A stretch of DNA of 64,000 bases from Patescibacteria group bacterium (GTDB taxonomy: Bacteria > Patescibacteriota > Microgenomatia > UBA10105 > UBA927). Below, piece by piece: positions 36,902 through 47,485 of the stretch. The position numbers were made by a program, and so were the translations under genes. The notes under the pieces are model-generated. The model made no database searches and was not told the origin of the DNA. It saw nothing but the letters and a program-made list of their open reading frames with translations. Every line of letters starts with the position of its first letter. Position 1 is the first letter of the stretch. Where the stretch lies: assembly GCA_023379025.1 (NCBI GenBank), contig JAMCTH010000009.1:133092-197091 (forward strand). The letters are read 5' to 3'.

Positions 36902-38449
36902 TTAGAAATACCCTTCCCTTGTTAATCGTTCTTTTGTAGAAGGGGCCATCCATGAAGGAGAAACACTGTTGTTTGGAATGGCAAGCCGGGCGGTCTGCAG
37001 AATTGCCCGAAGTTGTTCTGCATAAAAATTTGAAACACCCGCGCTTTTGTTTATAAGATTATGAAGTTCTTTCGGATCAGACAATTTATCATATAATTCT
37101 GCAGACCCCGTGGATACGGTGTCGGGTTCAATATAGAGCCATCGGCCATTTTCAATGCGGTAATAATGTAACGTTTCTCCGGCGGCATAGAGACTGACAT
37201 CTGATTTGCCGTAAATTTCCGGTAAAAGCGAATTGCCCCGGGCTAGCGGATCAGGCTGAAGACCAGTAGCATCAAGAATTGTAGGAAGAATGTCGATGTT
37301 TCTTGACACACCTGTAAACGACGTTGGTTTTGCTTCCGGTACACGGACTATAAGCGGAGTGTAATAAAGCTCTGTATAAGGGCTTGGATCATGGGAAAAG
37401 CCGCCGTGTTCGCCAAAGTTTTCCCCGTGGTCCGACATAAGTATGACAATTGTTTTCCGTGCGACCCCGGGGGTCAATAGATACGCAAAAAAGCTCGATA
37501 GTTTTTTATCAAGCGTATGAATTTTTGTGTCATACATAAGCCTTAGGTAGGCACGGTGTTCGGGGTTTTTTGGATCGATATGTTGGAGGTAAGAATGATA
37601 GTATGCGCTCCAAGATCGAAGTATTCCGTTCTTATCCGGGACGCTGTCCAGACTAAAAAACAAACTCAGAAGTTTTTTGTCGTTGTCTGGGCCGGTGGAC
37701 GTAAAAAGGTCTTTATGCGTTTTAATGGAGTCTCTTGAAAAAATATCCTGATAATTGGTCCGCAGGTATTCCGCAAGCTCCTTGTGATACGCTTCTTCAT
37801 TTAGAGGAAACCCGTCCGGTTTTACCATGTTCACCATCGGACTAACTCCTGGATCAAGAAGATAAGGGAGGTGGAGGTACGCGGAATAAAACTGAATGAA
37901 AAAGGGGGCGCTCGATTTATTTATCTTTTTCAACTCCTGCAGCCAATTTTGGGAGTCAATAATGCTGTCGTAGCCCCGTGTTCCGCCGTTTTCCTTTGAA
38001 ATGGAATATGGCCCTGTCTGTCCGACATACAGCGTTCTATAGCCCGCCGATTGTAATATTTGAGCGAGGGTTGGGATGGTGGGACTGAGCCTGTCATCAA
38101 ACTCTGTGTAGACGCGGTGTTCCCATGGGTATACCGACGTGATTGTGGAAAACAGGCTTGGGAGCGTCCAGTGGGCTTGAGTATAGTTTTGTTTGAATAG
38201 TGCGGATTTTGCGGCAAACGCGCAGAGCTCTGGCGCCGTGTTTCTTTTATATCCATAACAAGGCAGGTCATCTGCCCTTAGAGTGTCGATATCTATAAGG
38301 ACAACGTTACAGTTCGGACACACGGTCCCGGATTGACGACCACGAGACAGTGTCGCGTCATGAATGGCGAGAAGAATCAAAATAAGCGCAAACACACACA
38401 GGACGGCGGGTTTAATGTGGGTGAGCGCCGTGTGTTTTATCGTTTTCAT
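36902..38449 (-). CDS. sulfatase-family (alkaline-phosphatase superfamily) membrane-anchored enzyme; catalytic Cys/Ser-x-Pro-x-Arg motif not canonical
   Basis: N-terminal TM, VVLIDIDTLRADDL metal-binding motif, LPCYGY, ~515 aa; paralog of next gene. Confidence 0.6.
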   Translation of the reverse strand: MKTIKHTALTHIKPAVLCVFALILILLAIHDATLSRGRQSGTVCPNCNVVLIDIDTLRADDLPCYGYKRNTAPELCAFAAKSALFKQNYTQAHWTLPSLFSTITSVYPWEHRVYTEFDDRLSPTIPTLAQILQSAGYRTLYVGQTGPYSISKENGGTRGYDSIIDSQNWLQELKKINKSSAPFFIQFYSAYLHLPYLLDPGVSPMVNMVKPDGFPLNEEAYHKELAEYLRTNYQDIFSRDSIKTHKDLFTSTGPDNDKKLLSLFFSLDSVPDKNGILRSWSAYYHSYLQHIDPKNPEHRAYLRLMYDTKIHTLDKKLSSFFAYLLTPGVARKTIVILMSDHGENFGEHGGFSHDPSPYTELYYTPLIVRVPEAKPTSFTGVSRNIDILPTILDATGLQPDPLARGNSLLPEIYGKSDVSLYAAGETLHYYRIENGRWLYIEPDTVSTGSAELYDKLSDPKELHNLINKSAGVSNFYAEQLRAILQTARLAIPNNSVSPSWMAPSTKERLTREGYF

Positions 38450-38459
38450 ATTGATTTCC

Positions 38460-39812
38460 CTATTTTAGTAAATAGGTATTTAGCTTTTGATCCAACAATA
38501 AAGAGTCTTTATAGTCCGTTCGAATAAGATTTTTTTGTTCTTTTTTGTCCGTCGCCACATTGAAAAGCTCCTGGGTGTCGTCCTCAAAATTTGTTATAAG
38601 TTTTTGTCCGTCTGGTGTCCTTACCGACCGCAGATTTGTTGCATAGCGGTATTCAGTTTCGGAAAACGCATCAAGCGGGATGTGGCTACCGTTTATGACG
38701 GGGAGCAGGTTTATACCGGCAAACTGCTTGTATACGTCCTGGCTGGGATGAATTCCAACAAGCGCGAGAACCGTCGGCATGATATCGATATTGCGCACCT
38801 GATCTGTGAGCGTCACCCGGCCCGTTTCGCCCGGCATAGCGATGATGAGCGGGATTCGGACAAGTTCGTCATAGAGGCTGTGTCCGTGGTCAATCTGCCC
38901 GTGTTCGTAGAATTCGTCTCCGTGGTCGGAGGTGATAATAAGAATGGTTTTTCCCATAAGCCCGAGGGAGGCATATTGCCTCAGAAACTCCGTGATCCGC
39001 TGGTCCGCCCGGGAAATTTTTTCGTCGTAAAGGGCGAGGAGGAATCTCACGTCATCCCGGGTCAGATAAATTTCTCCCCGTGCAAGCCCCTCCTCCCGGA
39101 GGTTTTTTTGTTCAGCTGCGGATCCAGTCAGCGGGCCGCGATAGGGAAAATCGACAAACCTGTGGTCATATCCTCCTTTCGGGACATACTGCCCATGGAC
39201 ATCAAATGCCTGCAAAAAGATAAATAGTTTTTTGTTTTTATTGGCTCCAATCCACCGAAGCGCATCCGGAAGGATGCTGTCGAAACCGCCGAAATTACTT
39301 TTGTCCGTATATACGTCAAATCCTTCGTTGAAGCCGAACTCCCGGTTCAGGGCCGCTCCGCCGGTAAATGCTGCCGTAGCGTAGCCATCGGCTTTAAAAA
39401 CATCAGCAATGGTTTTGATCCTGGGGGCAAGCGTGTGTAGGTTGGCAATCTGCTCTTTTCCGGAAGGGAGGATTATGTACTTATTTGTCACGCCGTGTGT
39501 TGATGGATAGACGCCGGTGAGCAGGCTCCCTACCGCCGGAAGCGTCCAGGAGGATGAGGAGACCGCATTCGTAAACACAATCCCCCTTTTTGCTACCGCG
39601 TCGATACCCGGCGTCGTGTTTTTGGGATATCCGTATGCTCCGATGTGGTCTGGGCGCAGCGGATCCAAGTCAATAATGATGACGTTGCATGTCTGGCACG
39701 GGGAAATACGGTACGGTTTTGGTTTCGGAAGTAAGCCGGGGGCGGCAATTATCGTAAGCGCTATTGCGCCGGCAAGCACCACACTCATGGTCTTTATGCG
39801 TATTCCTTTCAT
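38460..39812 (-). CDS. sulfatase-family (alkaline-phosphatase superfamily) membrane-anchored enzyme, paralog 2 (start set at MKGIRIK)
   Basis: VIIIDLDPLRPDHIGAYGY, TGVYPSTHGV, HGDEF C-terminal metal-ligand region. Confidence 0.6.
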   Translation of the reverse strand: MKGIRIKTMSVVLAGAIALTIIAAPGLLPKPKPYRISPCQTCNVIIIDLDPLRPDHIGAYGYPKNTTPGIDAVAKRGIVFTNAVSSSSWTLPAVGSLLTGVYPSTHGVTNKYIILPSGKEQIANLHTLAPRIKTIADVFKADGYATAAFTGGAALNREFGFNEGFDVYTDKSNFGGFDSILPDALRWIGANKNKKLFIFLQAFDVHGQYVPKGGYDHRFVDFPYRGPLTGSAAEQKNLREEGLARGEIYLTRDDVRFLLALYDEKISRADQRITEFLRQYASLGLMGKTILIITSDHGDEFYEHGQIDHGHSLYDELVRIPLIIAMPGETGRVTLTDQVRNIDIMPTVLALVGIHPSQDVYKQFAGINLLPVINGSHIPLDAFSETEYRYATNLRSVRTPDGQKLITNFEDDTQELFNVATDKKEQKNLIRTDYKDSLLLDQKLNTYLLK

Positions 39813-39846
39813 GGGACGGATCAAACGAGTATAGTATAAGCATAGC

Positions 39847-40449
39847 ATGGTTGTCTCGCGACGTATCGGACCTATCGCACTTATCTTTGCCGCACTGTTT
39901 GGCGCCTTGGTGGTGTATCTGGTAACGCGGGGTTGTGTTGGTATACGATGTCTTTCGTTTTCCGGAAGCACGCGTTTTAGAGAGAAGGATGTGTACGCAT
40001 CCGACCCCGGCGACTTCCGTGCGCTTTACACAAACGGCCAGACGCAGTTGCGGCTCGAAGCCCTGGCGGTTCAGAGTTCCTCTGACGCTTCGCAGAATAT
40101 TGCCGCGGAAGCCGTGCGGATACAGGGGTTGTTTGACAAAGCACCCGCCCCCTACCCCGGGGAAATATCCGATTCGATTGTCTGCAGCGACAGTGATAAG
40201 CCGGTATTTGAAACGCGGTACATCAGCGGCATTGAGGTATCGCAATTTACGGGGTACGTAAACAACCGGATGGTTTTCGGGGCCTGCACAAATGACCAGC
40301 GTGCATACCGGGAAACACTGGCGCTTTTCTACTGCGCGGACCAAAAAAAGATGTATACGTTGGAATTGATTTCCCCGTACGAGGCAAGCCACGACGCCTC
40401 GATCGTAACCGCTCAGCACGGCGTGGTCGGCTCGCTCCGGTGCCGCTAA
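39847..40449 (+). CDS. N-terminally anchored hypothetical protein
   Basis: TM helix IGPIALIFAALFGALVVYLV then ~170-aa Cys-containing extracytoplasmic part; no motif. Confidence 0.35.
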   Translation: MVVSRRIGPIALIFAALFGALVVYLVTRGCVGIRCLSFSGSTRFREKDVYASDPGDFRALYTNGQTQLRLEALAVQSSSDASQNIAAEAVRIQGLFDKAPAPYPGEISDSIVCSDSDKPVFETRYISGIEVSQFTGYVNNRMVFGACTNDQRAYRETLALFYCADQKKMYTLELISPYEASHDASIVTAQHGVVGSLRCR

Positions 40450-40455
40450 GGAGGA

Positions 40456-42492
40456 TCATTCGAAGACGTTGAGTGCTTTCCCCTGAACGAAGCCGGGGAT
40501 TGCCACACGGAGCGCTTTCATAATGGTTGGATACTGGTCGATCAGTGTAAACGGCTTGTTTCCGAGGAAGTTGCCCTTTTTTATGCCCGGGCCGGCGATG
40601 ATAAACGGCGTCCACATGCCGGGCACGTCTTTTGAGAGAATTGCCTGTTTATAGCCCGTGACCGAAGGCTTGGAAAAAACAGTCAGATCACTGGTCATTT
40701 CCTCGTTCCAGCCGTAGCCGGGCGCGTTGGCGATGATGAGGTCTCCGGCGCGGTCCGGATCCATTTGGAGATAGGCTTTTGCATTTTCCCAGTTGACGAT
40801 GTCCACGACCGGTTTTTGCCCGGTATCCGGGTCGGTAAGCTCGGCAAGCGTCTGCCGCACTTCATTTCTTAGGGTGATATACGCCGGTCCGGATGCCCGC
40901 TCATAGTTGCCCGCAAGGCCATTGGGGTTTATGTAGACGTGGGCCATCTTGAGGTAGATAACCTTGGAATTATTCCAATCAATGATCGGTTCTCCGGTTT
41001 TCGGATTGATGGTAAATTTGAGCCATCCTTTCCGAGCAAAGAGGTTGTTGAGCCGGACGTCGATATTGAGCGGCACCGCACCGTGATCCGAGGATAGAAC
41101 AATATAGGTGTCTGGACCTGCATTTTGTATGATTGCTCCGATCATGGTGTCCAGTTCCCCGTACATATCCTTCACTTCGTTCCAAAGCTCCTCGCGGGTT
41201 TTCGGCGGAGTGCTGTTGTATGCGGCGCTTGAGGGGTCTATCGCGCCCATCCACCATTTGCTGGTGAGCATTTGGTTTGGTGTATAAATATCATGAATGA
41301 CGGCGTTCGGGTGAAACTTTTGGACGATGCCGGAAACCGCCTTTGTATGCCACGCGAAGGACATGGTTGCCTCCTGCTCAAAGGTCCGTTTGTCTTCGGG
41401 GTAATAGATAAGCTGTGCCGGGAAGTTGTCGGCAAAGTCAACCATGGGTCCGGCGTACGCGTTCATAATGTCGGCCGCTTCGGGGGGAAACGCAATATAT
41501 CGGTTGAGGTTATTGTAAAACAGCCGGATGCGGAAAAATCCGTCCGGTCCCAGTTTAATGACTGTTGCTTTTACATCGCTGTTGACGGGAATGGTTTGTT
41601 CGCTTGTCTTCCACTGGAGCACGATAGGTTGCCACGCACTCCACTCCCCCGGTTGTATGTCGCCAAAGACACTTTTTTTATCCAGAGAAAACGCTACCCG
41701 ATCGTAATTTGTCTTTTTGTCGTTTGTTGAGTCATAGATGTAAGCGTAAACAGGCGTACCCCATCCGGTGAGTGTAACCTCTTCCGGCGGCGAATAACTT
41801 TTTGGAGCACGATACCACCCGCTTGGGCTAACAGGGTCAAGATATTGGGTCAGTTCCGGTCCGAAGAAGAAGAGGTGCACCGCCCTCCCCTGCTTGATGC
41901 GCTGGGAGAGGTCGCCCTTCGTTTCAAAGTTTATGGCTGCAAAGTCGGCGCCCCATCCTCCCCAGCGGCCCCGAAGCACGACCCCTTTGTTGATTTCCGG
42001 CGGAGTAGAACCCGGGACCGAGATAACCGCGACTTTCATGCCGGCATCCTCGAGCGTTTTCCAGATCGGAGGAACTTTTTTGGCGGTCGATCGGAATCCG
42101 GGAACCGCAACGGCATCAAGCGGCTTGCCTATTGCGCGCATCGGGCCGTCGTCCACCCCGTTTACCTCGGGGTACGTGCCGGTCAGGAGTGCCGCAAAGT
42201 TTGTCGGCGTGTGGCTTGGGAAATTAGGGTACGAGTAGCCATAAGAGCCCCGGTCCATGAGTTTTTTGATATTCGGGAGCTTCCCTTCCCTGGCCCATTC
42301 ATAGATATTGAAAAGGTACGGTTCGGCCCGCATGCCGTCCGGGATAAACCAGTAAAGCTTGAGGGTTGAATTGGATGATTTGGGTAAAGATACATAATAG
42401 CGTATACCTACGCTGGTTAGCGCCAGGACAACGATGAAAACGACAATTTTGCGCATCATGTATACACTACAGTCACAAATTCTTCTTGTCAA
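40456..42492 (-). CDS. type I phosphodiesterase / nucleotide pyrophosphatase (ENPP-like, alkaline-phosphatase superfamily) family protein
   Basis: LYWFIPDGMRAE...PNFPSHTPTNFAALLTGTYPEVNGV characteristic of the PF01663 family; N-terminal TM; 678 aa. Confidence 0.6.
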   Translation of the reverse strand: MTRRICDCSVYMMRKIVVFIVVLALTSVGIRYYVSLPKSSNSTLKLYWFIPDGMRAEPYLFNIYEWAREGKLPNIKKLMDRGSYGYSYPNFPSHTPTNFAALLTGTYPEVNGVDDGPMRAIGKPLDAVAVPGFRSTAKKVPPIWKTLEDAGMKVAVISVPGSTPPEINKGVVLRGRWGGWGADFAAINFETKGDLSQRIKQGRAVHLFFFGPELTQYLDPVSPSGWYRAPKSYSPPEEVTLTGWGTPVYAYIYDSTNDKKTNYDRVAFSLDKKSVFGDIQPGEWSAWQPIVLQWKTSEQTIPVNSDVKATVIKLGPDGFFRIRLFYNNLNRYIAFPPEAADIMNAYAGPMVDFADNFPAQLIYYPEDKRTFEQEATMSFAWHTKAVSGIVQKFHPNAVIHDIYTPNQMLTSKWWMGAIDPSSAAYNSTPPKTREELWNEVKDMYGELDTMIGAIIQNAGPDTYIVLSSDHGAVPLNIDVRLNNLFARKGWLKFTINPKTGEPIIDWNNSKVIYLKMAHVYINPNGLAGNYERASGPAYITLRNEVRQTLAELTDPDTGQKPVVDIVNWENAKAYLQMDPDRAGDLIIANAPGYGWNEEMTSDLTVFSKPSVTGYKQAILSKDVPGMWTPFIIAGPGIKKGNFLGNKPFTLIDQYPTIMKALRVAIPGFVQGKALNVFE

Positions 42493-43796
42493 TCATTTTT
42501 TGACGCTTGTTTTGTGGGCATAGTCGATGGTGAGAAGCTTTTGAACGGTCCGCGTTTTGTGGTGAAGTCACCCCACGCGCTGATCTGTGCGACTCTAAGA
42601 AATTCCGGCGCGTTCAAGAGGGTCTTTAGTTTTTCACCAATAACTTCGGCAAAGAGTTCGTTTCCCCTGGAATTAAGATGATGCCAGCCAAATCCAAAGC
42701 TGTCCGGCAAAAATATCGTGTCCGCCAGATTTTCATCACTGGTTCCTAACACGTCGGAGGTTGTGGGTGAATACGCCGTTTTCGATTCGGATATCCGATA
42801 AGTAAAAAGAGTTGGCTGGTGCGTGCGGGCGATCAGTTCACTTGCATCCAAATACGGCACACCCGACGATCGTAATGTCTCCTTTAATTTTTCGTATTTC
42901 TCCATAATCGGTTCCGTGTTGGGGGTTTGCGGTGCGAAGTAATACTGAAATGGTACTATTGTGGTTATAAGATAAAAATGGTTCTTCTCCGATAGTATTT
43001 TTATTTGGGACAATAGGTAAGATATCTTATCCAATTCAGTTTTATCAAGCAGTTCATCCGGAACATTTTTGGGAAGCGTGCACCCGAAGGTATAGCGTTC
43101 TCTTCCTGCGATAAGCGCCGGCAGGTCGATAAGAAAAGTAAAAAGCTTGGTGTTTCGTATCCAGATCGGGGTATGCTGAATGGCAAATGCGGGAAAAAAG
43201 AGGGTGTTCCGCCAGGCGGCTAACCTAACGTATCCACGAGCTTTTTTTTTGAAAAGACAGGCTTCATTGGCGTCAACAATGTCGTTCATATTAAAATTCC
43301 ACACTACGATTGACGGATGGTATTCGGAAAGGAGAAAATCCCGAAGATAAATATATTCCTGATCCGGCCCGTAGCCGTCTATGCCCCCATTATAGATAGA
43401 AACAGGATACCCCTCCTTTCGGAGAATAGCCTCCGTAATGTACGGGTAGGTGCTGCGGTCAGAAACGCCTTCTCCGTATACAAAAGAATCTCCAAGCATG
43501 AGCATCGGAATACCGGGGGTATAGTCAGCCGAAGCGTGCTCCGGATTTATCCGTAGACCATTAGGATTGGTACTGTATGTTCCATGGGTAATGCTTGCAT
43601 TTTGTCTATAAATTAATCGGTCGTCTGCAATATACGGCATTTCTAGTTGTTGCTGCGCCCCGACATACCCTTGGGTAAATCTCCAGTTGATTATTTTCGA
43701 TTTATATCCAAAAATCCCCAATGTGGCTTCGCATAGTGCGAGTGCCGCAAAAACACTTAGGAACAATACTCCGGATCTGATTATTTTTTTATGCAT
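42489..43796 (-). CDS. SGNH/GDSL-family hydrolase or acyltransferase-associated protein, membrane-anchored
   Basis: LMLGDSFVYGEG (GDS block I), GGIDGYG (block II), C-terminal DSFGFGWHHLNSRGNE (DxxH block V). Confidence 0.55.
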   Translation of the reverse strand: MHKKIIRSGVLFLSVFAALALCEATLGIFGYKSKIINWRFTQGYVGAQQQLEMPYIADDRLIYRQNASITHGTYSTNPNGLRINPEHASADYTPGIPMLMLGDSFVYGEGVSDRSTYPYITEAILRKEGYPVSIYNGGIDGYGPDQEYIYLRDFLLSEYHPSIVVWNFNMNDIVDANEACLFKKKARGYVRLAAWRNTLFFPAFAIQHTPIWIRNTKLFTFLIDLPALIAGRERYTFGCTLPKNVPDELLDKTELDKISYLLSQIKILSEKNHFYLITTIVPFQYYFAPQTPNTEPIMEKYEKLKETLRSSGVPYLDASELIARTHQPTLFTYRISESKTAYSPTTSDVLGTSDENLADTIFLPDSFGFGWHHLNSRGNELFAEVIGEKLKTLLNAPEFLRVAQISAWGDFTTKRGPFKSFSPSTMPTKQASKND

Positions 43797-43839
43797 GGCT
43801 TACAATGATTATAATGCATAGTAGATTGAAGTACTTTTT

Positions 43840-46308
43840 TTGTTCTGCGCCGCCATGACCCTGATTAGCACATTGTTTTTTTTCCTTCTCTATGCACTTG
43901 CCGTTCTGAACGGCGGCATATCGTTTGCCGCGGCCGTGCTTCTTCTGGTATCGCCCGTAACCGTTTTCGCGTTTCTTCGGTTGAAACGCGTCGTCTTTAG
44001 AGGGTCGCGTGTTTTTGTAATTACATGTACGATCTGGATGATCTCTTTGTTTCTTTCATTTCTGTCAACGCTTCATGCACCACGTTTGGACGTGTCGCTG
44101 GTGTTGGTTTTGGAGAACGCCGCATCGTTTCTTCTTTTTGTATATTTTTACTTTTCTTACGATCTGATGGAAAGGCGTATTACCGCACAACTTTTTATTT
44201 TTATAGGATTTGTTCTTTCGATAATAAGCATGTATTTTATTCTTTTTCCTCCTTCATGGATTTTCCCGAAATTATCCCTCGTTTATGCGTCGTATGGTCA
44301 CAACCACCTGTCGGAGTATTTGCTTCTGATTCTTCCGACAACGCTCTTTTTTTGTACGGACGGCAGAAACAAAAAAAAGCAAGCGATTTGGGTTTTTCTT
44401 TTTGCCTTCTTCGTTTTGAATCTGTTTCTAACCTTTTCCCGGGCGGCGGTTGTTGTATTTTTCCTGATGATGCTCGCTATTTTAATACGATATTTACGGG
44501 GGCGATACAAGCGGATAATTATTGGTTTGTGTCTTCTGCAGCTTGTTGTGACGATATTGTTTGTTGTGGTGACATCCGGCGGTTCCCGCCGGAACATTTC
44601 CCTCCACTTTTTATCCGGAGGACAGACATTGTGGATACATCGCCAGACACAAAAACCCTTGTCATCAGAAACAAGGCCGGATTATTGGGATCAGGCATGG
44701 CGGGCCTTCCGGTCGCGGCCATTGACTGGTTACGGGCCGGGTTCGTTCAAACTCGTTTCTTATCGGTTCCAAAGAGTGGCAGACCAGTGGTCGTGGTTTG
44801 CGCACAGCCTTTTTTTCCAATCGCTTGCGGAACTTGGCATCTCCGGAACCATTGCTTTGGGCTTATTGATGGGATTTCCGCTCATTTTTTTGGTCCGAAC
44901 GCACCTTGCGCGGGGAGAAAAAAAACTATCCCTGGAGAGCGCATTAATGATAGGGATTGCGGGCGTGGCGCTTCACGGACTCGTTGATTTTACCTTTTCC
45001 TTCCCGGCGGTCTGGTTGAGTTTTTGGGTGGTTGTCGCAATACTCATGAAAAAAGCGGAAAGGAATACGATCGTGTTACCGCGCATAACTACAATGTTTT
45101 TTTCTCTTGCCTCGGTACTTCTTTGTGTAGCGGGGTTGGCACACGGCGTTATGTTGTGGAAGTTGGAAACCATGACTCTTCGCCCCGTCAATGAATATGC
45201 CTGGCCCGCTTCCTGGTTCCTCAGGCTCTATCCTTACGAACAGAATTATATTGATGAGTACGTATTAGATGTATCGGGCCAGGGTGGGTATAAGTTATTA
45301 CTTCAGGCGAGGCCGTATATACGGTTTTTTGTGAGGGATGATGCACAAATAGACGCCGCGTTTGCAGAAGCCTATGTCCGGAACGGAGAACCAGACGGAG
45401 CTATTTTTATGTATAAAAAAGTGCTTTCGGAGAATCCAACAGACCAACAAAACTATTTTAAGTTAGCCATGCTTTATAGATCGTTGCGTGAAACACGTTC
45501 CGAGTTGGATGTATATACACTGTTGTTCGATCGAAACCCGGCACCAGAAACAAAAGTCATGGTATTTACTAGTTTACATGAGCTTGGAAACAGTCTCTAT
45601 AATCGCGGTAATTTGTCAGATTTGTTCCCTGTGTACCGGTTTTTATTATTAACCGATCCAGATCATGAAGAAATTCTTCGAAAATGGTATCCTGTTGTGC
45701 CACAGGCACAGGAATTGATTTCTAAGGGGAAATTCGTTGATGCGGTGCGGCTTGTTCGGCAATACGTCGGAATGTGGGATGGAGTATCGTTGGGCTCCCA
45801 CGAGAATCAGAGGCAATCGATCGGATCCGCCTTATATTTTTTAGCACATCAGTTATATGAAAAGGGAGATCTTGCCGGTGCCGCCGGCGCGATATCCCGC
45901 GCATTGACGTATCTTCCTCATGAGGCCGACTACTATCGGGCGTACGCTTCGTACCTATTGGCGCAAGGCCGGTTAGACGAACTTATTTCAGCGCGAGACA
46001 CATGTTCCCGACGCATTTCCTATTCCGGCTGTCTTTATCTTTTTTCGGATCCGTCCTGGGAAGCTTACTGGTCGGCTCAGGCAGTGATTGAAATTTCCAA
46101 GCACAAAATCAATCGTGCCGTCCGTGCAACAAAACTGGCACTGGTGGCTGATCCATGGCGCGGAGATCTGTATGTTACATTGGGGCTACTGTTTAAATTC
46201 AATGGCGATCATCAGAATGCAGTGAAGTACCGCGATCAGTGCGCGGTGATATTCCGAAGTGCGCCCTGGTGCGATGATGTGGTTGCCCCGAAAGGAACAT
46301 TGTTTTAA
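43840..46308 (+). CDS. polytopic O-antigen-ligase/Wzy-like membrane domain fused to C-terminal TPR-repeat domain
   Basis: ~10 TM helices with large loop containing FSRAAVVVFF (Wzy_C-like), followed by ~400 aa with TPR-like AYxxLAxxYxxxG repeats. Confidence 0.5.
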   Translation: MFCAAMTLISTLFFFLLYALAVLNGGISFAAAVLLLVSPVTVFAFLRLKRVVFRGSRVFVITCTIWMISLFLSFLSTLHAPRLDVSLVLVLENAASFLLFVYFYFSYDLMERRITAQLFIFIGFVLSIISMYFILFPPSWIFPKLSLVYASYGHNHLSEYLLLILPTTLFFCTDGRNKKKQAIWVFLFAFFVLNLFLTFSRAAVVVFFLMMLAILIRYLRGRYKRIIIGLCLLQLVVTILFVVVTSGGSRRNISLHFLSGGQTLWIHRQTQKPLSSETRPDYWDQAWRAFRSRPLTGYGPGSFKLVSYRFQRVADQWSWFAHSLFFQSLAELGISGTIALGLLMGFPLIFLVRTHLARGEKKLSLESALMIGIAGVALHGLVDFTFSFPAVWLSFWVVVAILMKKAERNTIVLPRITTMFFSLASVLLCVAGLAHGVMLWKLETMTLRPVNEYAWPASWFLRLYPYEQNYIDEYVLDVSGQGGYKLLLQARPYIRFFVRDDAQIDAAFAEAYVRNGEPDGAIFMYKKVLSENPTDQQNYFKLAMLYRSLRETRSELDVYTLLFDRNPAPETKVMVFTSLHELGNSLYNRGNLSDLFPVYRFLLLTDPDHEEILRKWYPVVPQAQELISKGKFVDAVRLVRQYVGMWDGVSLGSHENQRQSIGSALYFLAHQLYEKGDLAGAAGAISRALTYLPHEADYYRAYASYLLAQGRLDELISARDTCSRRISYSGCLYLFSDPSWEAYWSAQAVIEISKHKINRAVRATKLALVADPWRGDLYVTLGLLFKFNGDHQNAVKYRDQCAVIFRSAPWCDDVVAPKGTLF

Positions 46309-47485
46309 GGGTTTTATCTAGCAATGCGGAATTATAGTGTTTACGAACAAATGCCTTTGCGTTATTAGACACTTTATGATGCAGCTTTTTTTCTGTGAGA
46401 AGAAGTGATATGCATTTCGCAAAATTCGCCGGATTATCTGCGAGATAAATATTTTTCCCATGTGTTACGGGAATACCTTCTGCCCCGACGCTCGTAGAAA
46501 CGATCGGTACGCCCGCGGTCATTGCTTCCAGAATTTTGATTCGTATGCCGCTCCCGGAAAAAAGCGGGACAATAAAAACCGACGCCTGTTTAAAATAAGG
46601 CCTTAGATCCGTCACGTGGCCGACAAAACTGATTCCACCCGGAAGATTTTTCGGCAGATGCCTGACGTGCTCGCCGACAAACATACAGTTGACAGGAGCC
46701 CGTGCCTGTTTAATCAGGGGAAAAACATATTTTATAAACCAATTCACGCCAAGCCTGTTTGGATACCACGTAAGTAAACCGACAAATAAAATCGTATGGC
46801 CGTCTCCCCCTGCATATTTTTGTACACGCAGAGTGCGGACCGACGGAGGAAGGATGCGCAGATGAAAAGGTGTATCTCCGGAAGTAAGTGCCGTAAGCGC
46901 TTTGCTGTCCGTACGGCTTATGGTAAGGACGGTATCAAAGCATCCCAATGCGCGTTTTAATACTCTCTCGTACTTGACGCTTTCCAGGAAAAAAAACGTT
47001 TTCCATTTCCATCTCGGTTCTTCCCGTGCTACCCGCCGATAGAGAATGTGCTCGGCGTTGTGTGTTTCAAGAATGCGTTGGCCCCTAAAGTTGCTCGGCA
47101 GATAGGGAGTCATACTGGCGTGATCGATCCATATTGCATCAAAATCTGAATTTGCGAGAGAGGATAAAATGAGACTTTTCATCAAAGGGTTATAGAACTT
47201 AAATACGGCATATGGATAAGGGCTTCCCAGGCTCCTAAACATAGTCAGGAGTTGCCGTTTTCGATCCTGTTCCGCTGAAATGGAATTCAATACCGTTTGA
47301 ACGTCAAAAAGACGCAGTTTCTTTTTCAGCAGGTCCCCGTATGGGCGGTCGGACTCGTTTTGAATAAACGTATGAAGAACAACCGTATGGTATTTTGTGA
47401 GCGCACTCAGCGTAGAAAACGTTTTGATCTTTCCGCCGGCGTCAAGAGGGAATGGCAATAACTGGGTAATATAGAGAATTTTCAT
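46199..47485 (-). CDS. glycosyltransferase family 4 (GT-B fold, group 1)
   Basis: C-terminal half GHVTDLRPYFKQASVFIVPL...GIRIKILEAMTAGVPIVSTSVGAEGI (EX7E-type motif region). Confidence 0.7.
   Translation of the reverse strand: MKILYITQLLPFPLDAGGKIKTFSTLSALTKYHTVVLHTFIQNESDRPYGDLLKKKLRLFDVQTVLNSISAEQDRKRQLLTMFRSLGSPYPYAVFKFYNPLMKSLILSSLANSDFDAIWIDHASMTPYLPSNFRGQRILETHNAEHILYRRVAREEPRWKWKTFFFLESVKYERVLKRALGCFDTVLTISRTDSKALTALTSGDTPFHLRILPPSVRTLRVQKYAGGDGHTILFVGLLTWYPNRLGVNWFIKYVFPLIKQARAPVNCMFVGEHVRHLPKNLPGGISFVGHVTDLRPYFKQASVFIVPLFSGSGIRIKILEAMTAGVPIVSTSVGAEGIPVTHGKNIYLADNPANFAKCISLLLTEKKLHHKVSNNAKAFVRKHYNSALLDKTLKTMFLSGQPHHRTRAHFGISPRTDRGTSLHSDDRH

Noticed and set aside
39847-39971. Apparent 125-nt divergent overlap between 38460..39971 (minus) and 39847..40449 (plus)
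   Set aside because: Resolved by choosing the internal start MKGIRIK (39812) for the minus-strand sulfatase-like gene, which places the Met just before its signal/TM helix; the overlap is an artefact of longest-ORF calling.
44025-44987. 320-aa plus-strand alternative-frame ORF
   Set aside because: Overlaps in another frame the polytopic Wzy-like domain, whose hydrophobic periodicity clearly supports the 43840 frame.
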